Assembly (NCBI GenBank): GCA_035466435.1
Contig: DATIUW010000103.1
Coordinates: forward strand, 11,594 to 75,593
DNA length: 64,000 bases
Direction of reading: 5' to 3'
Source: Polyangiales bacterium
GTDB taxonomy: Bacteria > Myxococcota_A > Polyangia > Polyangiales > Houyiibacteriaceae
The notes beneath the pieces are model-generated. The model saw only the letters and a program-made list of their open reading frames with translations, did no database searches and was not told where the DNA came from. Numbering within the stretch: the stretch's first letter is position 1; every line of letters begins with the position of its first letter. Below, piece after piece: positions 47,829 to 57,547 of this stretch. Position numbers and translations under genes: made by a program.

Positions 47829-48686
47829 TCAATCGAGACCCAGCATTTTCCTCGCTTCCGTGGGCGTAGCGACCTCTCGACCTGCGTTTCGTGCGCACTT
47901 CGCGAGGGCCTCGATGAGCGGTCCATTGCCCGAAGCCTTGTCCCCATTGGGCAGGTAGAAAGTATCCTCGAGGCCGGTCCTGAGCATTCCGCCTAGCTCC
48001 GCCGCACGTTGATGTGTTTCCCAGATCTCTTCGCGGCCGATTAGAGTCGCCTGCCAGTGTGCGTCACCACTCTTGTACTTCATCAGAAGCTCGAGCAGCT
48101 CGGGGTCACATGGCATTCCGGAGGCAACTCCCATCACGAAGTTGTAGTGCATCTCTTTGGCCATGCCGGCCCGCAAGTAGAGTCCGACGGAACGAACGAT
48201 TCCCACGTCGAAACACTCCATTTCCGGAATGGTGTTGGTCTCGGCCATCGCATCGAGCATCCTCTGGATCTTGTCCACGCTATTGAGGAACACGAGGGGA
48301 GGCCATGCCCACGTGTTGTCCTTCTTGAGCTTCAAGTAATTGAGGCTTCCCGCGTTGCACGCTGCAATTTCGGGTTTGATGCGGCGTAGGCAGGCGACGG
48401 GCCCCGAGATGTCGTCGTCCATCACGCCCGTGGTCTGATTGATGATCACGCCGGGACAAGCTTCCCGGATCGCATCGCTCGAGGCGGCGGCGATGTCCGG
48501 ATCCCAGCTCGGGAAGTGACCCATGCCGGGCTCCTGTCTTCGGAAATGAACGTGCATGATCGACGCTCCGGCGTTGTACGCGTCGCTTGCAGATGCGGCC
48601 ATTTCCTCCGGCGTTACGGGGACTGGATGTTGCTTCGGGTTGGTGAGCACGCCGGTCACGGCGCAGGTGATGATTGCCTTGTCCAT
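47829..48686 (-). CDS. Beta-keto acid cleavage enzyme (BKACE / DUF849, 3-keto-5-aminohexanoate cleavage-like)
   Basis: Start reset to MDKAIITCAVTGVLTNP...PVTPEEMAASASDAYNAGASIMHVHFR, the signature BKACE N-terminus. Confidence 0.85.
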   Translation of the reverse strand: MDKAIITCAVTGVLTNPKQHPVPVTPEEMAASASDAYNAGASIMHVHFRRQEPGMGHFPSWDPDIAAASSDAIREACPGVIINQTTGVMDDDISGPVACLRRIKPEIAACNAGSLNYLKLKKDNTWAWPPLVFLNSVDKIQRMLDAMAETNTIPEMECFDVGIVRSVGLYLRAGMAKEMHYNFVMGVASGMPCDPELLELLMKYKSGDAHWQATLIGREEIWETHQRAAELGGMLRTGLEDTFYLPNGDKASGNGPLIEALAKCARNAGREVATPTEARKMLGLD

Positions 48687-48733
48687 GTCGCTCTCTTGGA
48701 TGCAGGTAATTGAGCCCGCGAGCTCGCGGCTTA

Positions 48734-48753
48734 GGTTTACGTATACGTAAACC
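48734..48753. promoter_or_regulatory. Perfect 20-bp palindrome, candidate MerR-family operator
   Basis: GGTTTACGTATACGTAAACC lies in the 129-bp divergent region between the BKACE and merR-family genes. It occurs only once in the window. Confidence 0.65.
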
Positions 48754-48815
48754 ACATGCGATGCAAGTAAATCTTCTGTTGTCACGGCAAGGAGTCGGCG
48801 TTATTCTGGCGCGAC

Positions 48816-49286
48816 ATGGCCGCAGCGTCGAAATCTACCGCCCGCACGGATGCCGCAAGAGCATTCGTAGACGCGCATGGTCCCGCGGAGACGCCGGACT
48901 TCTTCTCCATTTCAGACCTCTCGGAGGAGTTTTCCATCACCCATCGCGCCATCCGCTTCTACGAAGCAAAAGGCCTGTTGTCGCCCAGGCGGCTCAATGG
49001 CGCCCGCATTTATTCTCGGCGTGATCGCGCGCGGCTTCACATCATCGTTCGGGCGAAATCACTCGGTTATAGCCTCGAGGAGACGAAGGATTACCTCGAC
49101 CTCTATGGGCGCCAGGGCGAGGGCCGCATCAAGCAGTTGGAGCTCTCGGTCGACAAGAGTGAAGAGATGATCGCCGAGCTCGAAGCGAAGAAGCGTCAAA
49201 TCGACGAGAAGATCGAAGAGCTCCGCCTCATCAACCGTGTGTGCCGGCAAAAAATCGCGCAAAAGCGGGCCAAGAACGCCGGCTGA
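48816..49286 (+). CDS. MerR-family transcriptional regulator (LiuR-like)
   Basis: FFSISDLSEEFSITHRAIRFYEAKGLL HTH plus a C-terminal coiled coil. Confidence 0.85.
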   Translation: MAAASKSTARTDAARAFVDAHGPAETPDFFSISDLSEEFSITHRAIRFYEAKGLLSPRRLNGARIYSRRDRARLHIIVRAKSLGYSLEETKDYLDLYGRQGEGRIKQLELSVDKSEEMIAELEAKKRQIDEKIEELRLINRVCRQKIAQKRAKNAG

Positions 49287-49295
49287 GGCCGGGTG

Positions 49296-51080
49296 TCAGA
49301 ACCAATCCGCCTCCGCGTCGATGTACGAGCGTTCGTTCGACAAGCAGAGGTTCGCCAAAATCGCAATCCGCGGAATCTCGGTTTGGATCCAGTATTGCGC
49401 GGCAGCCTCGATTCCCCGTTTTTGCGTTGCGGAAATGGACGATGTGCGCGCAGCCGCATCCATGACCATCCATTGCCAGCCGATCACCAGCGTGGCGAAC
49501 ATGTCGAGGTAGTCGAAGCTGTGTCCCAACATGCCATCGGTGTCACCCGACATGCCGCGTCGGCCCAACTCCATCGTGGTCGCGCCCACCGTTTCGACGG
49601 CCTTTTCGAGCGCATCACACAGATCTCGATCACAACCCGACTCCCTCGCGCGGCCGATGGTCTTGGTCAATTCTTCGGCAAGAGCTCGCAGCGGCGCGCC
49701 GCCCTTGGACATGACCTTGCGGCCCAGGAGGTCCATGCTCTGGATTCCGCTCGTTCCTTCGTGAAGGGTGTTGAGCTTCTGGTCGCGCAGGAACGCTTCG
49801 GGAAGATACTCGCTCGTATAGCCGTATCCACCGTGGATCTGAATTGCCAGCGCATTCGCTTCGAACCCACGCTCGGCAGGGAACGTCTTGGCGACGGGAG
49901 TCAACAAGTCGAGCAGTAGCTGCGCTCGTTCGCGCTCCTGCTCGTTCGCTGCGTGCTCCGCCACGTCCATGTACTTGGCGACGGTGGCCAGGAGGGCGAG
50001 ACTGCCTTCGACGATTGCCTTTTGCCTCAGCAACATGCGCCGGACGTCTGCGTGCTCGATGATCGGCACCGGGTTTCTGTCACGCGTGCCGAGCTTGCGT
50101 CCTTGTTTGCGATCGAGCGCATACAGGCGCGATTCGTGATACGCCACGGAAGCCGTGGCCGCCGCGTTGACGCCGACCATGATGCGGGCTTCGTTCATCA
50201 TCTGGAACATGTACCGGAGCCCTTGGTTGGGCTCTCCCACGAGCCAACCACGGCAGTCTCCTTCGTCGCCGAATTCGAGCGCCAAGCTCGGGAGACCTCT
50301 CCAGCCGATCTTGTGGATGAGGCCCGCCACCGTGACGTCGTTGGAAATCAGCCCGCCGCCATCTTCGCGCAGCTTGGGGACGGCGAATAGAGAAATGCCC
50401 TTGGTTCCTTCCGGGGCACCTTCGATGCGAGCCAAGGTGAGGTTGACCACGTTGTCCGTGATGCCGTGGTCCGCGCCGGAAATGAAGATCTTGCTGCCCT
50501 TGATCAGGTAATAGTCGTCGTTCGTGGGAGTGGCGGTCGTGGTAATGTCGGCCAGGCTGCTTCCGGCGTGGGGCTCGGTCAGAGCCATCGTACCGGTCCA
50601 CTCGCCATCGTACATGCGCTCCATGAACCGCGTCTTGAGCTCGTCGCTGCCGAAGGCTTCGATGAGATGTGCTGCGCCGTGCGTCAGCCCGATGAAGCCA
50701 TACGCGCCGAGGTTTGCCGCCATGAGATATGCGCTGGCGAGCGTGTGTACCAGCAGCGGCATCTGTTGGCCGCCGACCGACTCGGGTCGAGTTGCGGTCA
50801 GCACCCCCAAGTCCACCATCTGCTCGAAGAGCGCCGGAAGCGCCGGGTGCGTGTGGATGCGGCCGTCCCGAAACACGGGCGGGTGCTCATCCATGGGTTT
50901 GTACGTGGGCCACAGGTCTTGGCGCGCAAAACGTCGGACGCTGTCGATGTACAGGTCGAAGGTTTCTTTGGAGTGCTGCTGGTAGCTTTCGAGCCGACAG
51001 AGCGATTCGGCGTCGAGGACCGTGTAAAGGAGAAAGTCGACGAGCCCGTCGTCGATGAGAGGATTACCCTGCGCTGGCAT
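49296..51080 (-). CDS. Long acyl-CoA dehydrogenase with a C-terminal extension domain
   Basis: 594 aa. ALTEPHAGSSL, KIFISGADH and IHGGYGYTSEY blocks. Confidence 0.85.
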   Translation of the reverse strand: MPAQGNPLIDDGLVDFLLYTVLDAESLCRLESYQQHSKETFDLYIDSVRRFARQDLWPTYKPMDEHPPVFRDGRIHTHPALPALFEQMVDLGVLTATRPESVGGQQMPLLVHTLASAYLMAANLGAYGFIGLTHGAAHLIEAFGSDELKTRFMERMYDGEWTGTMALTEPHAGSSLADITTTATPTNDDYYLIKGSKIFISGADHGITDNVVNLTLARIEGAPEGTKGISLFAVPKLREDGGGLISNDVTVAGLIHKIGWRGLPSLALEFGDEGDCRGWLVGEPNQGLRYMFQMMNEARIMVGVNAAATASVAYHESRLYALDRKQGRKLGTRDRNPVPIIEHADVRRMLLRQKAIVEGSLALLATVAKYMDVAEHAANEQERERAQLLLDLLTPVAKTFPAERGFEANALAIQIHGGYGYTSEYLPEAFLRDQKLNTLHEGTSGIQSMDLLGRKVMSKGGAPLRALAEELTKTIGRARESGCDRDLCDALEKAVETVGATTMELGRRGMSGDTDGMLGHSFDYLDMFATLVIGWQWMVMDAAARTSSISATQKRGIEAAAQYWIQTEIPRIAILANLCLSNERSYIDAEADWF

Positions 51081-51168
51081 GTTGAGCTCCGCTGCGGGCG
51101 CACCCTAGCACCAAGAACGACCTACTTCCCGCGTGAATTCCGAGCTTGGTTGCGGTATTAGACCAGCC

Positions 51169-52377
51169 ATGGATTTCGAGCATTCGGAGCGGGCAAAGAA
51201 CTTGATGCGTCAGGTCGAGCGTTTCGTGCGTGAGCGGGTTCTGCCCAACGAGCAGACGTATCTCGACCAGCTCGTGGGCACCGATGATTGGCGGAAATGG
51301 AAGATCCCTCCCATCATCGAGGAGCTCAAAGCGGAAGCGAAGGAGCTCGGGCTCTGGAATCTCTTCTTGCCGGACGAGCAGTACGGCGCAGGACTAGACA
51401 ACCGGGACTACGCGCCCATCGCCGAAATCACCGGCCGGAGCTTTCTGGCGCCGGAGGTGTTCAACTGCAGCGCACCCGATACCGGGAACGCCGAGGTCTT
51501 GGTCAAGTACGGCTCGGACGAGCAAAAGAAGCGTTGGCTCGAGCCATTGCTCGCCGGAGAGATCCGGTCCGGCTTTGCGATGACCGAGCCGGCGGTAGCC
51601 TCGAGCGACGCTACGAACATGCAGGCAACTTGCGAGGTCGTGGGCGACGAGGTCGTGCTCAACGGTCAGAAGTGGTGGACGAGCGGGGCGGGGGACCCAC
51701 GCTGCGGATTCTACATCTTCATGGGAGTCACCGATCCCAATGCGGGGCGCCACGAGCGCCACTCCATGGTGTTGGTGCCTGCCGACGCCCGAGGGGTGAA
51801 GGTCCTTCGCATGGTGCCCGTCTTCGGACACTTGGACGAGCCTCACGGCCACGCGGAGATCCTGTTCGAAGACGTGCGTCTGCCGGTGAGCAGCATCATC
51901 GCAGGGCCGGGTCGTGGCTTCGAGATCGCACAAGGACGCCTGGGTCCGGGGCGCATTCATCACTGCATGCGTGCCATCGGTGCGGCGGAGCGCGCTCTGC
52001 AGCGCCTTTGCGAGCGTGCCGTCCACCGGGTCGCTTTCGGCAAGCCGCTCGCCAATCTGGGCGGCAACCGCGACATCATCGCCAACTCGCGGATGGCGAT
52101 CGATCAAGCTCGACTCCTCACCCTCAAAGCCGCATGGGCGCTCGATACGCATGGGACGTTTGGCGCCCTGGTCGACATCTCGGCGATCAAGGTCGTGGCC
52201 CCAAACGTATTGCAGTCGGTAGTCGATGCAGCGATCCAGATACACGGCGGCGAAGGCATGGCAGATCCAGAGCTCACGCGGCTGCTGGCCATGGCTCGGG
52301 CGCTGCGTATTGCCGACGGGCCCGACGAAGTGCATCGAGGCATGGTCGCGAGGCTCGAGCTCAAGAAGTACGCTTGA
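51169..52377 (+). CDS. Acyl-CoA dehydrogenase (FadE2 / ACAD10-like)
   Basis: Start reset to [38 protein letters not shown] and IHGGEGMAD. Confidence 0.85.
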   Translation: MDFEHSERAKNLMRQVERFVRERVLPNEQTYLDQLVGTDDWRKWKIPPIIEELKAEAKELGLWNLFLPDEQYGAGLDNRDYAPIAEITGRSFLAPEVFNCSAPDTGNAEVLVKYGSDEQKKRWLEPLLAGEIRSGFAMTEPAVASSDATNMQATCEVVGDEVVLNGQKWWTSGAGDPRCGFYIFMGVTDPNAGRHERHSMVLVPADARGVKVLRMVPVFGHLDEPHGHAEILFEDVRLPVSSIIAGPGRGFEIAQGRLGPGRIHHCMRAIGAAERALQRLCERAVHRVAFGKPLANLGGNRDIIANSRMAIDQARLLTLKAAWALDTHGTFGALVDISAIKVVAPNVLQSVVDAAIQIHGGEGMADPELTRLLAMARALRIADGPDEVHRGMVARLELKKYA

Positions 52378-52383
52378 GTCGGC

Positions 52384-53166
52384 CTATCCGGTCTGGTTGA
52401 GCCAGTGCGTGATCTTTCGGATCAATGACCTCGGCGAGAAGCGGATGCTGAATGCCGCCAGCCGATTCATGAGCCCTTCGATGGCAACGGCCCTGCCTTT
52501 CATCATCGACCGATACGCGTGCCGGGCAACCTTCTCAGGCGACGCTGCGCCGAGCTTGAAGAGGAAGCTCTGCGCGTTGCCTGCCGTTTGTGCGAAGTTG
52601 GTGGCGGTGGCTCCGGGGCAATGCGCCGTGACGGTGACCCCCTGGCTTCCGACCTCTTCGGCGACTCCCTCCGAGAACATGATGACGAACGACTTGGTTG
52701 CATAGTAAACGGCCATGTTGGGGCCGGGTTGGAATCCCGCCGTGGACGCGATGTTCAAGATTCGGCCTTTGCCGCGGGCAAGCATGCCTTGCAGCGCGAG
52801 ATGGGTGAGGGCGACCAACGCGTCGATGTTCACTTGGAGCATGTCCATCTGAAGCTGCAAAGGAAGCTGCGCAAAGGCGCCAGTGGCTCCGAACCCGGCA
52901 TTGTTCACCAGATAGTCGATCTGCAGGCCTCTTCTTTCGAGCTCCTCGAACAGCTCGGTCGGAGCCGACGGGTTGGAAAGATCGGAAGGCACGACGTGAG
53001 CGGTGATTCCGTGCGCGGTCTCCAGCTCCTGGGCCAGGCTACGGAGCTTGTCTTCGGTGCGGGCTACCAAGACGACGTCGTGACCATCTGCAGCGAAGAG
53101 CTTTGCCAGCTCCGCGCCAATGCCCATCGACGCGCCCGTGATCAAGGCGACTTCGCGCGTAGTCAT
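52384..53166 (-). CDS. Short-chain dehydrogenase/reductase
   Basis: Start reset to MTTREVALITGASMGIGAE. NNAGFG and YYATK. Confidence 0.85.
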   Translation of the reverse strand: MTTREVALITGASMGIGAELAKLFAADGHDVVLVARTEDKLRSLAQELETAHGITAHVVPSDLSNPSAPTELFEELERRGLQIDYLVNNAGFGATGAFAQLPLQLQMDMLQVNIDALVALTHLALQGMLARGKGRILNIASTAGFQPGPNMAVYYATKSFVIMFSEGVAEEVGSQGVTVTAHCPGATATNFAQTAGNAQSFLFKLGAASPEKVARHAYRSMMKGRAVAIEGLMNRLAAFSIRFSPRSLIRKITHWLNQTG

Positions 53167-53236
53167 CGTCGGTTCCTCATGGATACTCTCTTCTGTGAGC
53201 GTGAGATGCCCGGTGCATGGTATCTTCCAGAACCAT

Positions 53237-54952
53237 ATGACGAGCAAGGATTCTTTCACGCCAGACTGGTTCGAGGGGTCGCTGCCAGAGCGCTCGTATC
53301 GGGCGGCATTCAAATGGGGAGCGCCGGAGGCCTACAAGCACCCGAATCCCCGGCTGTACGCGCTCATGAAAGAGACGTTCGACCTCGACGACGAGTACTT
53401 TCGGAAGCCACAGAAGCTCGGCCTGGAGGAAGTGAAGGTCGAAGTGCCCGTCTCGCTTCGGCCCGAGCACATCGCGTTTTTTCGCGGCCTTCTGGGCGAC
53501 GAGAACGTGAGTGACGACGAGTACGACCGGCTCCGCGTCTCCTACGGGAAGACGATGCTGGACGCGCTCCGCTTGCGCAATCACCAAGTCGAGAACCTAC
53601 CCGACCTCGTTCTACATCCTCGTCACGGCCAAGACGTAGAGGAGATCGTTCGTTACTGCCACCAGCACGGAATCCCTCTCTACACCTTCGGCGCTGGTTC
53701 GAGCGTCACGCGCGGGACCGAGTGCTACCAGGCGGGAGTATCGATCCATCTGGGCACGCACATGAACCGAATTCTGTCGCTCAACGCGGTCAATCAGACG
53801 GTCACCGTCGAGCCGGGAATCCTAGGGCCTGCCTTGGAAGAAGCGCTCAACGATGCGCGCCAGCGCTTCAAAGCGCCCCACGCGTACACCTGCGGTCAGT
53901 TCCCGCAGTCTTTCGAGTATTCGTCCGTCGGAGGTTGGGTCGTGACACGCGGTGCGGGTCAGAACTCCACGTATTACGGCAAGGCCGAAGACCTGGTGCT
54001 GAGCCAGAAGTACGTCACACCGGTCGGCACGATCGAGACCGTCGACGTGCCTGCCTACGCCACGGGACCAAACCTCGACCAGATCATGATCGGCAGCGAA
54101 GGAGCCTATGGCATCCTGATCGAGGTCACGCTGAAGATCTTTCGTCACAACCCGCAAAACACGCGCCGATTCAGCTTCATTTTTCCGGATTGGCCCCGTG
54201 CGGTCGCTGCCGTACGAGAGGTGATGCAAGGCGAGTTCGGGTTTCCTTCCGTCTTCCGGTTGTCCGATCCGGAAGAGACCGACATCGCCTTCAAGCTCTA
54301 CGGTGTGGAAGGCACCCCCATCGATACGATGGTCAGCCTGCGAGGGTTCAAAAAGGGACAAAGGTGCCTGCTGCTCGGCACGGCGGACGGTGACGCCGCC
54401 TATACCAGCATGGTGAAGCGGCGCCTCCGCCAGGTTTGCAGCGATCATGGCGGAATGTACACGACCGGCTTCATCACGAAGAAGTGGGAGCACGGACGAT
54501 TCACCGATCCCTACATGCGCGAGGACTTACAGGACTTCGGCATTCTCATCGATACCCTCGAGTGCGCGACCAACTGGGAACAGCTGCCGAAGGTGCACGA
54601 ACACGTGCGGGCCTACGTCAAGAGCCGGCCCAAGACCATTTGCATGACACACATGTCTCACTGTTATCCCCAGGGAGCAAATCTCTACTTCATCTTCATC
54701 GCGAAGATGGGACAGGAAGAGTTCGTCGAGTTCCACCGAGGCATGCTCGATGCAATCCAGTCTTCGGGCGCCACGATGAGCCACCATCACGGCATCGGGA
54801 AAATGACCGCGCCGTGGCTCGAAGGCCAGCTCGGCAGCAACGAGCTCGAGGTGTTGCGAGCGCTCAAGCGACACTTCGATCCAAACAACGTGCTCAACCC
54901 CGGCGGTACGCTGGCGCTCGACCTGCCCGACGAGGAACGTCGGTTGCCGTGA
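53237..54952 (+). CDS. FAD-linked oxidase, alkyl-dihydroxyacetonephosphate synthase (AGPS)-like
   Basis: A roughly 150-aa N-terminal extension precedes the PCMH FAD domain (PDLVLHPRHGQDVEEIVRYCHQHGIPLYTFGAGSSVTRG). C-terminal MSHHHGIGK. The extension favours AGPS-like over GlcD-like. Confidence 0.75.
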   Translation: MTSKDSFTPDWFEGSLPERSYRAAFKWGAPEAYKHPNPRLYALMKETFDLDDEYFRKPQKLGLEEVKVEVPVSLRPEHIAFFRGLLGDENVSDDEYDRLRVSYGKTMLDALRLRNHQVENLPDLVLHPRHGQDVEEIVRYCHQHGIPLYTFGAGSSVTRGTECYQAGVSIHLGTHMNRILSLNAVNQTVTVEPGILGPALEEALNDARQRFKAPHAYTCGQFPQSFEYSSVGGWVVTRGAGQNSTYYGKAEDLVLSQKYVTPVGTIETVDVPAYATGPNLDQIMIGSEGAYGILIEVTLKIFRHNPQNTRRFSFIFPDWPRAVAAVREVMQGEFGFPSVFRLSDPEETDIAFKLYGVEGTPIDTMVSLRGFKKGQRCLLLGTADGDAAYTSMVKRRLRQVCSDHGGMYTTGFITKKWEHGRFTDPYMREDLQDFGILIDTLECATNWEQLPKVHEHVRAYVKSRPKTICMTHMSHCYPQGANLYFIFIAKMGQEEFVEFHRGMLDAIQSSGATMSHHHGIGKMTAPWLEGQLGSNELEVLRALKRHFDPNNVLNPGGTLALDLPDEERRLP

Positions 54953-55857
54953 GGTCGGCGAACGACGAGCTCCGTGCGCGCGTTTCCGGTCGCAACGTCG
55001 TGGTGACCGGCGCCTCCAGCGGAATCGGGGAGGCCCTCGCACACCGTTTGGCGGACGCGGGAGCCACCGTCTTGCTAATCGCTCGGTCGGCGGAGAAGCT
55101 CGACCAGATCAAGCAGGAAATCGAAAGTCGGGGCCGAGCCGCGTTCGTCTATCCCTGCGACCTGTCCAATGGCCCAGACACCGAGCGAGCCATCGAGGCC
55201 ATTCTCCGCCAGCACGGACACGTCGACATTCTCGTCAACAACGCAGGGATTTCGATCCGCCGAAGCGTGGCAAAGTCTCATGATCGTATCCACGACTTCG
55301 AGCGAACGATTGCGCTGAACTTTCTCGGAGCCGTGCGACTCATCCTCGGTTTCGTGCCGGGCATGCGTGAGAGAAAATTCGGACACGTTCTCAACGTGTC
55401 GACGATCGGGGTCCAAGTGAACGTGCCGCGCTACGGTGCCTACCTCGCAAGCAAGGCGGCGCTCGATGCGTTCAGTCGCGTCTTGGCGGTGGAGACCCTC
55501 CAGGATGGCGTAAAGGTGACCACCATCTACATGCCTCTGGTCAAGACGCCGATGATGGCGTCGACGACCATTTACGATGCATTCCCCATGCGTTCCGCCG
55601 AGGAGGCCACGGAGCTCATCGTCGATGGCATCGTCGACAGGCCCAAGCGCGTCGCCACGCCGGTCGGAAACGCCTTCGAGCTCGCGTATGGAATGGTGCC
55701 GCGGGCGGTCGATCGAGCTCTGAATGCTGCTTATCGGCTGTACCCCGAGTCGGGCAAGAAGACCGATCAGCGTGCGCCGGTGTCGCGGGATGCGGCCGTT
55801 TTCGAGCGAGTCTTCGACGTGGTCACACGTCGAGCGCGACGCCGAAGCCGGTCCTAG
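54949..55857 (+). CDS. Short-chain dehydrogenase/reductase coupled to the AGPS-like gene
   Basis: GTG start in a GTGA overlap with the AGPS-like stop. VVVTGASSGIGEA, NNAGIS and YLASKAAL. Confidence 0.8.
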   Translation: MRSANDELRARVSGRNVVVTGASSGIGEALAHRLADAGATVLLIARSAEKLDQIKQEIESRGRAAFVYPCDLSNGPDTERAIEAILRQHGHVDILVNNAGISIRRSVAKSHDRIHDFERTIALNFLGAVRLILGFVPGMRERKFGHVLNVSTIGVQVNVPRYGAYLASKAALDAFSRVLAVETLQDGVKVTTIYMPLVKTPMMASTTIYDAFPMRSAEEATELIVDGIVDRPKRVATPVGNAFELAYGMVPRAVDRALNAAYRLYPESGKKTDQRAPVSRDAAVFERVFDVVTRRARRRSRS

Positions 55858-55858
55858 C

Positions 55859-57547
55859 TCACGGCGCTTCTGGCGCCGGGGACCAAGCGAAGCGGGTTGC
55901 GCTTTGGCCGGCGGACAGAGGTGGATTGGCCTTCTGGTTGGCCGAGCCGTCGAGCTGGCTCGAGTAGATCTCGAACACGTCGCTCGTGTCTTGGGCCGCA
56001 CGATAGGCGATGCGAGCACCGTCCGGACTCCATTCGAACACGTTCACGTCGCCATCCGGCTGCAGCACGTCGTTGATCTTGGCATTTCCCGAGCCGTCGA
56101 TGGCGCTGCTATAGAGCTCGAGCAGGTTTGGATTGTCCTGGTTGGCGCGATAGGCGATGCGCGCCCCATCTGGGCTCCAGACGTAGCTCGCAACCTCGCC
56201 GCCCTGCGGCTGAAGAACGCCGTTCACCTTTCGGTTGTCGGACCCGTCGGGCCGCGATGCGTAGAGCTCGAACACGAAAGCCGTCTCTTGATCTGCCTGG
56301 TAGGCGATCCAAGCGCCGTCCGGGCTCCATTGAAAAGCAATCACCGTTCCCAAGCCCCCCTCTGAGAGGGGGCCGTTGACCTTGTGACCACCCGAGCCGT
56401 CAGGTGCCGCAGTATAGAGCTCACGAAGCGCGAGGCTGTCTTGATTCGCCAGATACGCCACGCGTGACCCCTCTGGGCTCCACGCAAAGCCGCTCACGCT
56501 CTGCCCGGGCCCATAATCCGGATTCACTTTGCGATTGTCGGCGCCGTCGGGCGTACTCGTATAGAGCTCCTGAACTCCGACGCTCTCCTGATCGGTCTGG
56601 TAGGCCACGTGCGATGCATCCGGGCTCCAAGCGTAGAGCGAGGCTTTCAGACCTTGTGAGCCCGACACCAGCGCACCGCTAACCCGTTGGTTTTGCGCTC
56701 CGTCCGCGGTGCTCACGAATAGCTCGAATAGATTGTCGACGTCTTGGTCCGCCACATAGGCGATGTGCGCGCCGTCCGGGCTCCATTGGAAGCCATTCAC
56801 TTGCCGATCCGTGGCGAGCTCGGCGCTCACTCTGCGATTGTCCGAGCCATCGGCGAGGTTGCTGTACAACTCCCGAACGTTGTCGGTGGCTCCGTATAGT
56901 AGATAAGCCACACGGCCGCCGTCAGGGCTCCAGGCGTAGTCGACGACCTCGTCTCCAAGCAGGACTGGGCCATTCAACTTCCGAGTGTCCGTGCCCGCTG
57001 GCGTGCTCGTGTAGAGCTCGGGCGTGTGCGTCGATTCTTGCGTGGCGAGGTAAGCCAGCTTGGTTCCGTCGGGGCTCCAGCGAAAGCTCTCCACCCTTCC
57101 GCCGTCCACTAGCTCGTCACTGACGCGCCGGTTGTCGGTTCCATCTGGGAGGCTGGTGAAGAGCTCTTGCCGACAGGTCGCGCAGCCGGGGAATAGGTCG
57201 GTGTCATCGTCCGCCAAATAGGCGATGCGGCTTCCGTCGGGGCTCCACGCGAAGTCCACCACGCGACCCACCTCCAGCTCGTGACTGACCCGCTGGTTAT
57301 CAGCCCCATTGGTACGTCCGACGTACAAATCGTCGAAGCCCACGCGGTCCTGATCAGCCAAGTACGCCAGCGCGAACGAACCAGGTACGCCGCCGAAGCC
57401 GCCTGAGCCGCCATTTCCGCCCGACCCACCGGTTCCGGAAGCGCCTCCCGATCCTCCTTGCCCTGCCGAGCCCTCGTCGCCGCTCCCGCCGCAACCGACA
57501 CATGCGCTGCCCAAAGCGCAGACGAGAATCAGCCAACGAGACGTCAT
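55859..57547 (-). CDS. PD40/TolB-like beta-propeller lipoprotein with a Gly/Ser linker
   Basis: Lipobox-like CVGCGGSG, then a GGSGG linker, then 9-10 repeats of ELY....DGS.N.KVN......(F/Y).WSPDG..IAY. Confidence 0.8.
   Translation of the reverse strand: MTSRWLILVCALGSACVGCGGSGDEGSAGQGGSGGASGTGGSGGNGGSGGFGGVPGSFALAYLADQDRVGFDDLYVGRTNGADNQRVSHELEVGRVVDFAWSPDGSRIAYLADDDTDLFPGCATCRQELFTSLPDGTDNRRVSDELVDGGRVESFRWSPDGTKLAYLATQESTHTPELYTSTPAGTDTRKLNGPVLLGDEVVDYAWSPDGGRVAYLLYGATDNVRELYSNLADGSDNRRVSAELATDRQVNGFQWSPDGAHIAYVADQDVDNLFELFVSTADGAQNQRVSGALVSGSQGLKASLYAWSPDASHVAYQTDQESVGVQELYTSTPDGADNRKVNPDYGPGQSVSGFAWSPEGSRVAYLANQDSLALRELYTAAPDGSGGHKVNGPLSEGGLGTVIAFQWSPDGAWIAYQADQETAFVFELYASRPDGSDNRKVNGVLQPQGGEVASYVWSPDGARIAYRANQDNPNLLELYSSAIDGSGNAKINDVLQPDGDVNVFEWSPDGARIAYRAAQDTSDVFEIYSSQLDGSANQKANPPLSAGQSATRFAWSPAPEAP
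55862..57376 (-). repeat. Intragenic tandem PD40 repeats (period about 47-50 codons)
   Basis: WSPDG/WSPEG/WSPDA recurs 9 times, and a truncated WSPAP ends the protein. The repeats are protein-level and the DNA copies have diverged. Confidence 0.7.

Noticed and set aside
57380-57490. A GGC/GGA-rich tract that looks like a simple-sequence repeat.
   Set aside because: It encodes the in-frame Gly/Ser linker (GGSGGASGTGGSGGNGGSGGFGG) of the PD40 lipoprotein. The repeat is imperfect at the DNA level and is not a microsatellite or CRISPR-like array.
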